From Harriotta raleighana (Eukaryota): DNA of 64,000 nucleotides. The notes beneath the pieces are model-generated. The model was given only the letters and a program-made list of their open reading frames with translations, was not told the origin of the DNA and made no database searches. The stretch is taken from NCBI GenBank assembly GCA_050575255.1, contig JBNZDD010013695.1, positions 6,134,248-6,198,247 on the forward strand, read 5' to 3'. The position numbers and the translations under genes are program-made. Shown in pieces: positions 12,298 to 26,000 of this stretch (positions are counted from its first letter, which is position 1; each line of letters opens with the position of its first letter).

Positions 12298-14937
12298 CAG
12301 AAGAGGAAACCTGAGCTATGATAACGATCATGGGCAGCAACGTTTGGGTGGAGATGGTCTCGTCGGGTTCTGCGCCTGAACCAGTCAATCCCGGCTATTG
12401 TTTCACGTGCTGACTGTGACATCTGGTGGCCGCTCTGGGAAGTGCAAGAGAGGGAGAAAATCTGAGTGAGACAAAAGAAATCTATCATATCCACAGACAA
12501 CGTGTCGCTGGTGTTTTTATACCAAATAACAGTTGTGTGAAAGAAATGGTCCATTTTTACACTGAATCTTCTGTTCTGATACACGGTGCACCATTGGTCA
12601 CAAATGGAAACTAACATTTTTACTTGTTTTTCTAAACAATCAATCGTTGGAGGTGCTGGGAGCAGTCGGACTGAGCGACTGAACACGTGAGAATTAGGAG
12701 ATTAGAGAGCATCCAAACCAGGATTTATCCAGAACCATTATTTTATCCCTTTTTAAGATAATGTTAGACATGAATCCCGGTGTCTTCACCAAGTGGCTTC
12801 AGTAAACTTGAGGTAGAGTGGGGCAAATCAGGCAGGGTTCCTAATCCTGAAAATTATCCAGAAACCCTGTATTCTCTGTATGTGTGGGGGGAGGGGGGGG
12901 TGGGGCATTGTCTATGGCTGGACATTGGGTTGAGCTTCATTGATTTTCACCCTCTTTAGCCCCTGCTCTGCAGTCGAGTTCCTGCCGGCATTGAAGGATG
13001 GGCACAGTGAGCTCCTGTAGGGGAGGAAAAGCCTCTGGAGAATTGTCTAATCCCATGGTCACCTGTGATTCCCATCCTGGATCCTGAATTTCCGTGGTGT
13101 TCACCTCAACACCAGAAATAAAAGATGGATGAATCCTGCTCCCAGTAAATCATGTTTGTTATGTAACAGCCTCAGTTAAAACAATATCATGAAATCTGGT
13201 CCTTTAATTGCTTAATCATTGATGCATAATTGAGAGGTAACAGCAGTGTGTGCTGGCCATTCTCTGGGAAGAGAGAGGCACAGCTTGGCCGTCAGTGATG
13301 GTTACTGATGGCCAAACAAATACTTTTGTTTGATAGTTTCATATCCTAAGGAAGCTTGTACAACACCTCAATCATGTTTATTAGAATCTGAGTTGCCCTG
13401 TAGAATCTAATATTGCAGGTCCTACATGAACTGATTAACCTATCCATACGAGTGAGAAACTTGGCTGAATGGACCATACTAATCTCTAGAGCAGTCTATA
13501 AAATTATGCGACTTACTCTAGACAGTGAGCTGATTGTTGCGAAGGAATCTGAACCAGGATAAGTGCAAATCCGGCTGAGTGAATCCTGGAGCTGGGGCGT
13601 GTGTTTCTTTTGTCATTGAGCAGCCAATGTCCCGGCTGTTGTTTCATCCAAAAAAAAGTAAACTAATGCTGGTTCACTCACCGAAGCAGAGACTTGGCAT
13701 CACAGGCTTGTGAGCCAAACAACACAGATCTATGGAGGCCTTTGTACTTCAATTTTAAACCTATGTAACTTATTCTCTATTATTTTCGCAATTTTATTAT
13801 AGCCGTTTTAACTTTCATGGCTTAATGCGGTTTGTTCTGAAAATTGGTGCTAACATTTTTTTCACATGGCTATCGTTCTCATCGGCCTGCAGTTGGCCTC
13901 AGTGCCCCTGTCTAGAGGGGAGAAATCCAACTGTTCCTGATCCCCCCCTGTCCAGAGCCAATTAACCCATTCACCCCAGTGGAAATTGTGAGCATGTAAG
14001 CTAAAGCTTTCAGGAGAAGACCGAAGATGATTTGCAAAGTAGGCTAGGGCAGGGAGCAGAATTTGAAGCTGCACTTTAAAGACTTTCTTTTGAATTACTA
14101 TTTAGCTGAAAAAGAATTATGATATTGCAATATCCTTTGTATTACATAAAGCAGTAGGAGCTAATATAAAGTGTATTTGCCATTCCTGTTATTTGACTGG
14201 AAGCAACATTGGCTGTTCCTGTGTCTGATTAGGGGTGAATGCAAATGTGAAATCAGAGAGAAAATAATTTCAAGAGGAAAAAAAAACCACTTTGGCTGAC
14301 ATCCTTCCAATGTCACTGCTTCCTCTGCCATTGAAGTCGCAGGGCTGGCTGCTCTGTGCACCAATCCAACCTTTCCCTAGTTCAACATCAACGCTGCTCT
14401 GCCACCAGCCACGAGAACATAGTTGGGAGGCACCTTCTCTCTTCTGTGTCTCTGCTGTTTACTCCACTGAGGTTGAGAGTTCACCGAGTCCAAGGGAAAC
14501 TTAACACGTTTCGCAAAAGCTGGTGCCCAAGATATAGCAAAAATGCAATTAGACTGAGCTGTACTGTGGCAATAGTCATGTGGATGTAAAGGATGGACCT
14601 ACTTGCTTACCAAGTGTATGCTGGAAGGCCGGAGATTGAACCTCTAGTGAAGAATATTCCATTTCAATTGCCATGTTTCAAAGTGGATCATTGTTCAAAA
14701 TGTCACACTGTTCTTACACCATTTTCTCCCCTGACCTGCTGACACGCACATTTTATTCTATTTTGGAATTAAACCTATTTCCTTTTGGCCTTAGAATTTA
14801 CAAAGGAGCTACTGACTGATTTTTTTTTCACCATAGTCTTTTTCAAGATGCACTGGAATGCATTATCACATGGGTTGTGACGTTTCTTATATTATGCAGA
14901 ACATTTCTTCTGTTATCTTTAAAGGGTGGTGAATTGT

Positions 14938-14943
14938 AATAAA
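14938..14943 (+). terminator. Candidate polyadenylation signal of MGAT4B
   Basis: AATAAA at the end of an AT-rich, repeat-poor tract downstream of the stop. An earlier AATAAA lies near 13117. Confidence 0.45.
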
Positions 14944-15442
14944 ATCTTTAAAATGACCCATATCTGTCTATTATTACTAAGTGCTGTCTTTGCACATAAC
15001 AAATGCATACAACTGGATATAGTACAAAAACTTTGAATGCTCTATACACCCATTATTCCTGTCCTCAACTACAAGTTTAAGTCAATTTTCCTCAGAAAAG
15101 TGGCAACAAGCCCAGCAAAATACAGTTGTCTAATGAATCCCACAGTGTATTACATTGAGCTCAATTGCACCCAGCAGGCCAGTCATTTGTTTTCATTCTC
15201 CCTGACTGCCTATTGCTATTTTTTTTGATACCGCTGTGTGTTGATGACATATGTTCACTCTCAAATGTGTCCACTGATCATAGTATCATAAATGATCTGA
15301 ACCTTTGTTTTCTTTTATTGTCAGTCCAACACGTTTTCCCCTATACCTCTAAGCCCCTGCAGTTGGTAATAATATGTGTATTTGATACAGCGCATCACAT
15401 CAATGAGACGTCTCAAAGCGCTACACAGAATATGGGCTTCAT

Positions 15443-16850
15443 AACAACAACTACTTTGATTTATATAGCGCTCTCCACGCTGGATGATGTCTCAGAGCGC
15501 TTCACAATAGCGGATCCCGGGGTAGAAAGGTGACCAAAGGCGCGATCGAAGAGAAAGGTATTCAGCTGTGACCTGAAGATGGGAAAAGAGGGAGCGAGGC
15601 GAAGGGAGTGAGGAAGGGAATTCCAGAGACTCGGGGCATAGTGGCTGAAGGTACGGCTGCTGAGGGTGGAGCGGAGGATCCTCCACCGGGGGACATGGAG
15701 GAGGCCAGACCCGGTGGAGCGAAGGCAATGAGTGATGGTTCGAGGAGAGAAGAAGTCAGAGAGGTAGGAGGGGTGCAGAGGAGTGCAGGGATTTGAAAAC
15801 AAGGGTGAGGATCTTGAAATCGATCCTCTCTGGGATAAGGAGCCAGTGAAGTCTGGCAAGGATTGGGGTAATGGGGGAGCGAAGTTTGGTGTGGGTGAGA
15901 ATACAGGTGGCAGAGTTCTGGATCAGCTGGACTCTGGATTGTGGGAGGAGGGGAGACTGGAGAAGGGGACATTGGAATAATCCAGCTGAGGTGACAAAGG
16001 CATGCATCAGGGTTTCAACGGCTTTTGGGGTGAGGTATTGGCGGAGAAGGGCGATCCATCGGAGGTGGAAGAAGGTGGTGTTGGTGAGGGACCGGATGTG
16101 TGGGAGGAAGGACAGTTGGGGTTCAAACCTGATGCCTAGATTGCACACAGGTTTGGAGAGTTTTAGGGGCAGACCAGGAAGGTGGAGGAGCTGAGAGCCA
16201 TGCGAATGGAGACGTTGACGAGAGCCAAAGAGTATGGCCTCCGTCTTGTCAACATTCAACTGGCTAACAAAACATCAGGGGACTGGGGGTCGCAAAGTGA
16301 AGTGGAGAAATAGAGTTGAATGTCATCAGTGGACATGTGGAAGCGTGCCCCATGTCTGTGGATGACATCCCCAAGTGGGAGCATGTAAATGAGGAAGAGG
16401 ATGGGGCCAAGGATGGATCCCTGGTAACAGGTGAGAACAGGAGGGAAAATCGTTTGTGGCGATATACTGCTGGCGGTTTGTGAAGTAGGACTCAAACCAG
16501 GCGAGAACGGTCCCACTGAGATGGATGATGGAGGACAGGCGGTGGAAGAGGATGGCGTGGTCGACTGTGTCGAACGCAGTGGACAGATCCAGGAGGATAA
16601 GGAGGCAGAACGAGCCCTACTTGCAGATAGAAAGGACGTCGTTTGTGACTTTCACAAGCGCAGCCTCTGTACTGGGGGCAGGGCAGAAACCGGAGGAGAT
16701 CGAAGAGGGAGTGGGAGGAGAAGTGGGCATGGAGTTGGTTTGCAACAATACGTTCAAGAGCGATTGAAAGGAAGGGCAGGTTTGAGATAGGGTGGTAGTG
16801 GCTAGGGTTTGAGAGATCCAGGGAAGGTTTTTTAAGGTTTTTCACAGAAG
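15443..16850 (-). mobile_element. 5'-truncated L2-type LINE (RT C-terminal half plus 3' tail), frameshifted
   Basis: Minus-strand frames give [75 protein letters not shown] and SRTFSHYAPSLWNSLP. The tail is AAGCGCTCTGAGAC..GAGAGCGCTATATAAATC..(GTT)n. Confidence 0.92.
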
Positions 16851-16851
16851 G

Positions 16852-17045
16852 CAGGGTGAAATCTTGGGCAAGTTTACTTATTCCATAAACCTGACAATAA
16901 TCCCTCAAGAAAAACAATAATTTGGTCACTTGAATGCACAACCGTTTGTGGGACACTGCTGTGAGCAATTGGCTACTGTGTTACACCCGCATATATACAG
17001 TCAATTCACTTTACAGTATATTCTGTGAAGCGCTTTGGGATGTCT
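16852..17045 (+). mobile_element. Truncated SINE copy
   Basis: CAGGGTGAAATCTTGGGCAAGTTT...GTTTGTGGGACACTGCTGTG...GTGAAGCGCTTTGGGA matches the body of the SINE at 42718. Confidence 0.7.
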
Positions 17046-17059
17046 TTCACCGCTAAGGC

Positions 17060-17480
17060 CTTGCTCAACCCTCTACCTTTGTGACCTGCTAACCCCCTAA
17101 CAACCTGCATGCTCAGCAGGTTCCGGCCTTCTCCACGTCCCTCAACCCACGCACTTCAGCCACTCTGCCCCTAATCTCTGGAATTTCATCCCGCAGTCCC
17201 TCCGCCTCACCCCCTCCCTGGCCTCCTTCCCGCCTCAAGACCCTCCTCTTCGATGGTCCAATCAGTCACCCCAAATTCTCTCCATCCTCTCCGATCCCGA
17301 CCCCAGCTCGGATCTGAAACATTGACTGTCCAGCGCCTTGGGACATCCTCCTGACATAGAACATAAGAAATAGGAGCAGGAATAGGCCATTCAGCCCCTC
17401 GAGCCTGCCTGCCTGCCTGCCTGCCCCTCCATTTAATGGCTGATCTTCTAACCTGCCCTTTCCCCATATCCTTTATTCCC
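17060..17480. mobile_element. L2 3' fragment (+) abutting an inverted CR1/HER1-like 3' end
   Basis: 17060-17354 resembles the L2 tail at 58920-59140. 17355-17480 (ACATAGAACATAAGAAATAGGAGCAGGAATAGGCCATTCAGCCC) is the reverse complement of a CR1-type tail familiar from chondrichthyan genomes. Confidence 0.65.
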
Positions 17481-17689
17481 TCTATCCATTAAAGTGGAGT
17501 GACTTGTGTTTTGACCAGTTGAGAGCAACGTGGAAAGTAAACTTGGGGTGGATTAAACTCCTGTTTATAAATGGACCATTTGCAATCCCGGCTCAGCACC
17601 ATCTGACAGTCACTGCACTGAACATCAGGCCAGTGACCAGCTGAGCCCCGCCCAGTGTGTGCCGAAGGGTAGGGCCAGATGAGATCCCG

Positions 17690-18430
17690 CCTATGATGCG
17701 CGCGCAGTGCTCCATTTCAGCGAATGACACTGCACTTTCCAACCGCGCAACTAATCAGCAGCATCCACGAGGAGCCGGTGGGGTGGCCAGGGTGATTGAC
17801 GGCTCTACGAACTAATCAGAGGACGAAGCACAGTGGAGTGATAGCCACTGCGACCAATCAAAGAGCGAGAAGGTCAGCCATGGTCTCTGAGCCAATGAAC
17901 GAGAGCGGAGGCGTAGCTGTTCCGGGAAGGGGAGGCGCGCGCAGAACGGGTCACGTGAGGCGGCAGCGGTAGAGCAGCGGGTAAGTGGCCGACACCGGGT
18001 GAGTCCCGTGGGGTTTGGGCCCCGAGGGTCAGGTCCTGTGTCCCAGTGGCGAGACCGCTCAGCACCGGGGAGGCCAGCGGCAGGGCCTGACCTTCCCCCC
18101 TCCCGGGAGGTGTTGGGTAGTGGCCGGACCTGAGCTACCTGAAGCGGGGCAAGGTCAGCGCGGCGCTGGGGCCCTGATTGCGGCCTGAACTGTGGCCGCC
18201 GCGCCGCGTGTGTGTGTGTGCACTTCCCCCCCCCCTCTCCCTCCCAATGGTCGCCGCCACTTCGGGGAGGGTCACTGCGGCGGGTGGGTGATTTACATTG
18301 AGTGGGAAGTGAAAGCCGAGCTGTCCGGCCGGTCATTAATGTTCGGCGGCGGCGGCGGGAATATCCGGTCCCGCAATTACTGAAACGCCGCATTGTGTTG
18401 GAGCCGGGAAAGGTTGTCATCACGCGATGG
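17690..18430 (+). promoter_or_regulatory. CANX: CANX CpG-island promoter and non-coding exon 1
   Basis: CpG-rich island with CCAAT boxes at 17854 and 17892, ERSE-like CTAAT-N9-CCACG at 17751-17769 and GTCACGTGA at ~17950. Strong donor CGG|GTAAGT at 17980/17981 (alternative GG|GTGAGT at ~17999). The next exon starts 3 nt before the ATG. Confidence 0.8.
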
Positions 18431-19199
18431 CTTCGATTTACTGCATTATTCCAGCTTCATTCACATTGCACTCAAACTCACTGAATTCGGGCAATGGAAG
18501 GAATGCACAGTGAGTGGCGCCCAGGTCGAACCCCAGGTTACAACACTCAGTAGATCGATTGTGTGTAACTGAGTGATTCTGTTCATTCGTCAATTAGAAA
18601 CAGTGGCTGCTGTTGGGGTGTGTTTTCTGATTCACCTTGTCAATCTACAATGAGTCGAGTGTCCCGGCCTCAGGTCAGGGAGATTAGTTGGGTCTGGATG
18701 ATAGTTTCATACATTTGTTGTACCTCTGACATCAAAACATCCGAGTGCTTCACAGGCAAATGTAGTGACTGCATTAGAGGAGGGAAGAGAGGAGGAGTGA
18801 ATGAGGCCATTGTGAATTTTTTGTCAATATCTTTGCTATGCTAAGATTCTCTTTACTGGCATCAGAATTCTGAATGTTTGTATTAAATATAATGCTTTGT
18901 GGATCAAATGTTCTACATTAACCCAATGTATTAAGGTCTTGAACAATACCATCATGTTTTATGGTAATGCCGTTTGCTATTACCGTAAGTGTTTCCTTGA
19001 CAGCTGCAAATGGTCTTTTGGACTTTCCCATCAACACTTGGGAAATGCAACCATGTGCTGTGCATAGGCCAAGATTGAATCCTGTACTTTTCCTGTACCC
19101 TATCTGCAGTTCAGGGCCTTGCATCATGTACAAGAATAATTAAGAAAGAGTTGCTTGTGAGAGATAAAACTTTTAGCTCCCCAGTCGATTTAATTAATG

Positions 19200-19412
19200 A
19201 GGAATCCAGATAAGGTTTGCAGTTTGGTGCTATGTGGTGTTCAGGTGAGGAGAGGATTGAGCTGGCTGCACTTCCTTTTACTGGTTGTGCGGTCTGTTGG
19301 CCTTCATTGTCAGGGTGAAACATGAAGAATAGTCTCATAGGTGAGGTCCTGGAGTGTCACCGCTGCCTGCAGAACTACATGGAAGCATGAGTCAGCATCT
19401 TCTGGAGAGGGA
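19200..19412 (+). repeat. Old interspersed repeat fragment (unclassified, SINE-like)
   Basis: GGTGAGGAGAGGATTGAGC...ACATGAAGAATAG...AGCATGAGTCAGCATCTTCTGGAGAGG resembles a repeat I recall from shark genomes. A related degraded piece may lie at ~12810-13030. The family name is not established. Confidence 0.4.
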
Positions 19413-19714
19413 ATCACTGTCAAAATGACTTGACATAATGAAGTGGCTACAAAATGGAAATGTTTTCTTTAAGAAATCTAGAAGCAGATTTAGGTCAACT
19501 TGTTTTTGCAGGAGTGTAGGTTTAGTCCTAGCAAGTTCTGATATTATTGTGGGAGTCACTGAGCATTGAGGGAAAAAATTCCTTTGGGTGTTGATCATTA
19601 TTTGGTAGCTGGATCTTAGACCTAAGAGGGTGCAGCCACTCTTGCAAAGTTAGGCTGCAATGGTTTATGGAAATGATTCTTCTAGTATCAGTTTAATAAT
19701 ACTTATGGTCGCAA

Positions 19715-20190
19715 TTTCCTCATGTATGAAGATGACATCCAAATCTTCTTCTCCAGTTGCAAATCTAGGTCCACTTGTTTGTCAGGCGGACATCAAGGCT
19801 TGGATGATCTTAAGCGTTCTGCAATTTAGCATCTATGAGACAGAAGTCATAATCCTTGGCTCCTGTCAGTGTCTTCTCTCGTGCAGCTCTGATCTCAACC
19901 TACCTGCCTTTCCTTGAGATTTACCGAACCCGCACATAACCTAAGTGTCAGATTCAATCCTCAACTGTCCTTCCTATCCCACATCTGGTCCTGACTTTCC
20001 AGCACCTCAGTTACATTGCCCAGGCCATAGCTTAGTCCAATGCATCTCTTTTCTATGCTTTCGACACCTCCTAAGGATAATATTGTCAACGACAATACTC
20101 TCCTTGCCAGTCTCCTCAACTACCCTAGCCATCAAATGTAACTGATCCAGAACTCTGCTGCCCTTTTTCTCATCTACTCTAAACTGTGCA
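19715..20190 (+). mobile_element. Highly degraded L2 RT fragment
   Basis: Remnants (MYEDDIQ.., DIKAWM, ETEVIILGS, LIQNSAA) are colinear with the L2 at 15443-16850. Confidence 0.6.
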
Positions 20191-23077
20191 TTTGTGTTGA
20201 AGCCTTCTTGGTTGGGGGAGGGGAGTAAGAGAAAAATAATCTCCATAAGTAGCTTTGTTAAAGGATAAAATACACACCTTATAGCTACTTTGAATGAGAT
20301 TGACATTTTGTTTAAACCAAGTATTTGTCGCTTCATTCACAAAACAGTGAGTAACTCATTCAAATGTGACCACCAAGTTCGGTTATTGCTTTGTTAATAT
20401 TCTGTTCAGCTAGAATCAAGTGATACGTTTAGTGGAAGACNATTAACTGTTCAGCTAGAATCAAGTGATACGTTTAGTGGAAGACTTCCTCTTGCCAATC
20501 GTTATCCCAGCAGAAAGAGAGATCACGTCAAGTTTCCCTCTGTTCTTGTTGCTCAATCAATATTATTTTAAGCACTTGGGTGGGAACCAGTGTGCAAGAT
20601 GGAGTACTGGAGGAGTGCTCACTGCCACTTGAAATACCATGTACTGATTCCTCTTGCAATGACCAATAGGAACATTAGTCATAGTTTTGGCCTGAATGAA
20701 AGATGCTATATAAGTATATGTATGTTGCTGAGAATATTGTGACAGACCAACCCGGACATTGCAACTGTAATGCCCTAAATTCATATCTATTAATATTAAC
20801 TGAAATGTCTTTTCATGAAAGTTGGCTAATTTATCCACATTAGAGGTTCTTGTATTGATTTTTAAAAGTGATTTCAGAGAGCCATTGAGAGCCATTGAAC
20901 ATCTAATAGCTAGCATTGACACTCATTTGGTTTCAGGTCTGTCATTTCCTGCAAATAAACTTACTATTCCTAACTGATGCAGTCACATGAGGTGGGTGGG
21001 TGGCTCCCAGCAGGCTACAAATATTTGTGAGACTGCACTTTCCTCCATACAGTGCTGAATCATCAGAAGGAGGGACATGGGCATTTTTATTTGATAGCTT
21101 ATCAGTAATTAGTCAGCAATAATTCTGTAGGCAGACCAGGTAACCATTTATGCCAGGAGATATCCACAAACAGCCAAGAGGATCGTTGGGAGGTGTTGCT
21201 TTCTAACGGTGTAATGGATCTTTATGCTACTTGGACAGCCAAATGGAGGATATAATGGATGGCATTCACTTTGCTCAGCCAATGTTTCCGAGAGTTGATT
21301 AGCTCCTTAATTGTGACCAGTTGTAAGATCGGTGGAATATAGGAGAACCCCACAGAAAGATGTACTCAGATATGAGCTTTGTAATCTAAATAGTTCATTT
21401 TCAGAATTTCTACACTCTACACACAGAATCCTATACTTTTTTTCTATTTTTCCAATCAACACTAAGTTCAAGCAGCATCTCTTGGGATCAATAAATCGGT
21501 CAGTAATAATTTGACATCTAGAAAATGTGAAAAGCGCTATATCAAATGCAAGGGTTATTATTATAACTTTTCTAGTAGGGTAGAGATATGCTGATGGACT
21601 GTGTTTGAGTTGCTTCAGTCACTTCATTGTGCTGCGCTAATGCACACCTGAAAGCCAGACATTACAAATAGATTTCTATAATCTGTTTGTTTCATTGTAA
21701 ATTGAGTTCAATGCAATCATGTTTCCTTTGCTCCATTTTCTCTCTTCCCCCAACCCCATTTTATTCTTTCGAAATAATGTGTTCATAATATATTTGCTAA
21801 GGAGCATTGAAGTGCTTTGTCACCATGCAACAATCAATGACAAACATTCTTAGGTGTTGTAAGGAAACTACACAACACTACTGGCTGAGTGGATAATTGC
21901 ACCACATTTATGGGCTTCTGTCTTAATTATTGCTCCACTCAGCACAGTATTCCTGGATCTGGGATGGGACTTGACTTGTTTTTTAGTGCCCTCTGCTGAA
22001 AATGTGTGGATGTTGCAGCAGCTGGAACTAGACTCCAGCCTTCAAAATAGCTGTACTGTACAGAATGGAGGAGGCGGAAACAGACTGGAGAAAATGAACT
22101 GAAATTTTCCTGAAATCAACATTGGTCAATGGATCCTACCTGCCTGTTTTAGTCCCAGAATTGTATACTTCAGCAAATGCTATTTCTTATCATATCTTGT
22201 TTCACCTTTCAATCTCTGTGTCCTACGTTTGTTCAGAGGTTTAGCGTATGCTCCTTAGCAATCTTTGACTTGTAAATCAGAAATCTTTGGGAACTTGCCT
22301 GTCATTGCTATTTTCCTCTTAATTTTCGTTCTCCCAAGGGAGACCATTTGCTTTCTACTTGGGGTTCAGTTCTATTAGTGCACACTTCCTTCCGATACCT
22401 GGTCCTTCACATGCGAGTATTTGCAGGTTATTGGTTATAAAACTAATCTGATCCTAATCTGACTCAATCTACACATCCTGTCCAGCAAGGGTCTTCACAT
22501 AGTAATTGTGATATTCTCCTCAATTTGGGACACAGATCAACTTGGTTAGTTATCTGTGATCTGTGTTAGAAATCAGGTTACTCAGCATGTGCGAGGATTT
22601 TACTTGTAATAATTATTGGGTTTCGATATTGTGCCTTATTATACTGAAGTGTTTTGCTCTAAGGTGGAGCAACTATGTTTTCGAATATTTTCATCAGTGG
22701 GAGGGTAACAGTGGCTGCCTCCTGCCCTGAGTAACAGGAAGTGTGTTTAATGATACTTGAATGGATTAGCCTGCTCCTCTCATTGTGCTAATAAAACTAA
22801 TGTCCTCATACTAAAACAAAGTTAAACCAGATCGGAATGTGCAAACATGTTTTCTGAGCTTCATTTTACTTTGGGGAGGAATCCTTTTAATATTGGGTTT
22901 CATTTTAAATGGTAATAGGAAGAGTGGGATGCAGGGGAATGGTGTCTGCATTAACCGCAGCTGATTCAATCGTCTCTATGAGCATGTGTGTATGTGCACG
23001 TCTGTTCTGAGTTTGTAAAGTGTACGGGGGGAAATTAGCCAAAGTGTAAAACAAAATTTCTTTGCCTTTCTCAGATC

Positions 23078-26000
23078 ATGGAGCTGAAGCTGTGGCTGTT
23101 AGTGTTACTGCTGGCAATCGGGTCAGTTACTCTCCGTGCTGAAGATAACGGGGATGACATTGTTGAAGATGATGACGAGACTGCAGTAGAAAGTGAACGA
23201 GAACCGGAACCCAGCCCTCCTCCAGCTCCCAAGGTGAGGTTCCACTCATGACCTGCACCATTATTCAGAAGAGGACTATAAAATCATAGCAAGTACAGCA
23301 CAGCAGGAAGCCATTTGGCCTATTGAGCCAGTGCTTGTGTTAGTTTATTTGGAGCATAATTTCTAATCTTAATTGGGTGCAAAGTTCCCTAATTTTTTCA
23401 GATAGTACTTATGCTGGAGTATGGTATCATAATTTTATAAAATGCAGTCAGGCCTATACAATCCTAACCAGCATTTGTTGTAAATGCAGAAAGTTAGCTC
23501 TTCACATGCTTGGATTTTTTTTTAGCAAATGAATATAGGGGTCCACAGCCATTTTTGCTCTTAAGCACCCTGTATCATCGTGAAACACCGTCATGGAGTG
23601 AATTCAGCAAAACAAATGTGGACCTCTTTGGATCAGTTGCAATAATAATGCATTTCTACTTTTCAAATAAAAACACTTAATTTGTCTTCTTTCTACTTTT
23701 CAGGTTACCTACAAAGCTCCAGTTCCAATTGGAGAGGTGCATTTTGCAGAATCGTTTGATAAGGGCACCCTGGAAGGGTAAGGAACTTACTTTGTGTATA
23801 TCCTGGGAAACTAGTGTTGCTGCTGTAGTTCCTCCAGGTTTAAAGAGCAATTGTCAAACCACTCTGTTGCCACCCATGACCATCTGCTGAGATTCAATGT
23901 GGAGTTAGCTGGAGGTTGGTAGAGCTGCTTTAACATGCACTTAGAATGATTGCAGCCTTCACCAATCTGGTTCCATTTCATCTGTTTATTGTGTCAGTTG
24001 ATTTTGTTCCATGCGGACAGTGCTAAGTAACTGAGTTTAGGACTGCCATGAATGTGACTCAAATATTGGTCTTAGTTGGCAATGTCATCCAACTGTCAGA
24101 AGAGTAAGAACATGCTTCTGAGGTTAGGGTGAGGCATACAGTTTGAACGAACAGAGGAGGCTTCTGTAATTGACTTCTCAGCTTAATGTTGACGCTTTGC
24201 TGCTTGGAATGGACAACTATTGCATTTCCAGCACTGACGTTTCCAACATAAAATAGTCCCCAAAATGTAAGTAAAATACAGGTAATGCTGTCTCCCAAAT
24301 TGGGTATCTCCGTGATACAACCTGAGTGACCTGAAAGACGCTATACAAATGTAATTTTATTGTTGTTGCATATTTACACTAAGTTCAGGGAAGTTGTTTG
24401 CTCGGGCTTGTTCCTGTTGGCACTTGTTTGAAGGATCCATAGTTTACGGAAGACTTTAATCCTCATTGTTCTCATTTTAAAAAAAAGTATTCTTTGTGAC
24501 GCAGTAGAAATTACTTTTAGTTCCATGCCTGAGGATAAATAATGTAATCATAAAGTTTGAGCTGCGAGTTTTGTTTGAAGTAGTGGCTAGGAGTAAGTTT
24601 TATGGGACAATAAATATCAAGACCTTAATTCTCTCACCTGCCCAACTTTAGCACATGATTGACCATGATTTGATTAAACTGCTTTTCATACAAAATGTTT
24701 TACATCATTTTAAATGGGGAGATCAGCATGAGATATTTGGGACAGATAGAAAAAGTAGTACATTTTAACATAAAAATTGTTGACTATCCAACGCATCCTA
24801 AAAGCTAAGATCCTTTAGATTGAAATTGTCTGGAATGACATGCCAGTTTCTATAATGATCTAAAATACCAAAAAATTAAGTTTCTAGTACATGGTGTTTC
24901 CTGAAAAGGGAATTGTGTAGTTCTTAAGATGAGCAGGACATCTTGCACAACTGTGGGACTTTTTCAGAACAGCAATTTGCCAATTGATGCATTCTTCTAT
25001 TTTTGCCATAGTTGGGTTGTGTCGAGAGCGAAGAAGGAGGATACAGATGAAGATATTTCCAAATACGATGGTAAGAGCATTTTTTCCCATTTGTACAATG
25101 TATATTTGTATAACTTTTTTCTTTAGCCAACTGGGATTATAGCAGTTGACGATGTGTAACTTGGCTCATACTTTTTGATAAAATCAACACAAGTTTACTT
25201 ATTAACAACAACAACAAAATTGCACTTATACAGCGCCTTTCACGTCGGGAGGACATCCCAAAGCGCTGGATTAAAGAATTTAGTTCCAAGCTAAGCATTA
25301 AAATTTATGTATAATTATTTATGTTCCTTCCAATTGGAAGATTGTTTAGAGGTTTGTCATGATGGGAAAAATAGATGGAATAAATTGTTTTTTTTTAGGA
25401 AAGTGGGAGGTGGAAGAAATGCGTGAGACTAATCTTGCTGGGGACAAAGGGTTGGTTCTCAAATCTCGTGCTAAGCATCATGCTATCGCTGGCATACTGA
25501 AACGACCCTTCGTTTTTGACACCAAACCACTAATTTTACAGTAAGTGTTTACTTATTTAAATCCTGTATCTTTAGAACTTTTCCAGTAATGGGAATGGAT
25601 GCTTGGTGTTCCCCTTCAATCTGAATGTCTTGTGAACCAATTGCTTTGAATGTTGAACCAACATTTTCAAGATGCTTCTGTTGGCTTGTTAATGATAAAC
25701 CACCTGAGCAAAATTTTATGAAATGTTTTGAAATGTTAATCTGCTAATATGATCTATTCTGAGCACTGTAATGTTACTTCATTGTTCAGGAGCAGGTTAT
25801 GAGTCTAGCTCTGATTACCTGGCTTGAAAGATTGAAATGCTGCTCTAACAGCTGTGAAGGTGGCATTAGTTCCATATCTGTGCTTGGACCACAGTGAACT
25901 TTGTATCAAAAATTGCAGAATACAGATTGCCTTTAGTGCATTTTTTAAATTATTCTTCCAGGTATGAAGTAAATTTTCAGAATGGAATTGAATGTGGGGG

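Noticed and set aside
15461-16968. Cluster of overlapping ORFs suggesting a gene
   Set aside because: These are frameshifted pieces and antisense shadows of a dead L2 LINE.
17812-18423. 203-aa minus-strand ORF over the CANX promoter
   Set aside because: It is a stop-poor GC-rich CpG island with no recognisable domain.
20402-20485. Exact 39-bp tandem duplication in CANX intron 1
   Set aside because: The two copies straddle an ambiguous N (20441), which is typical of a contig-overlap or gap artefact.
20523-20530. UPRE-like TGACGTGA (reverse strand) in CANX intron 1
   Set aside because: A single 8-mer is expected by chance in 64 kb, and there is no supporting evidence.
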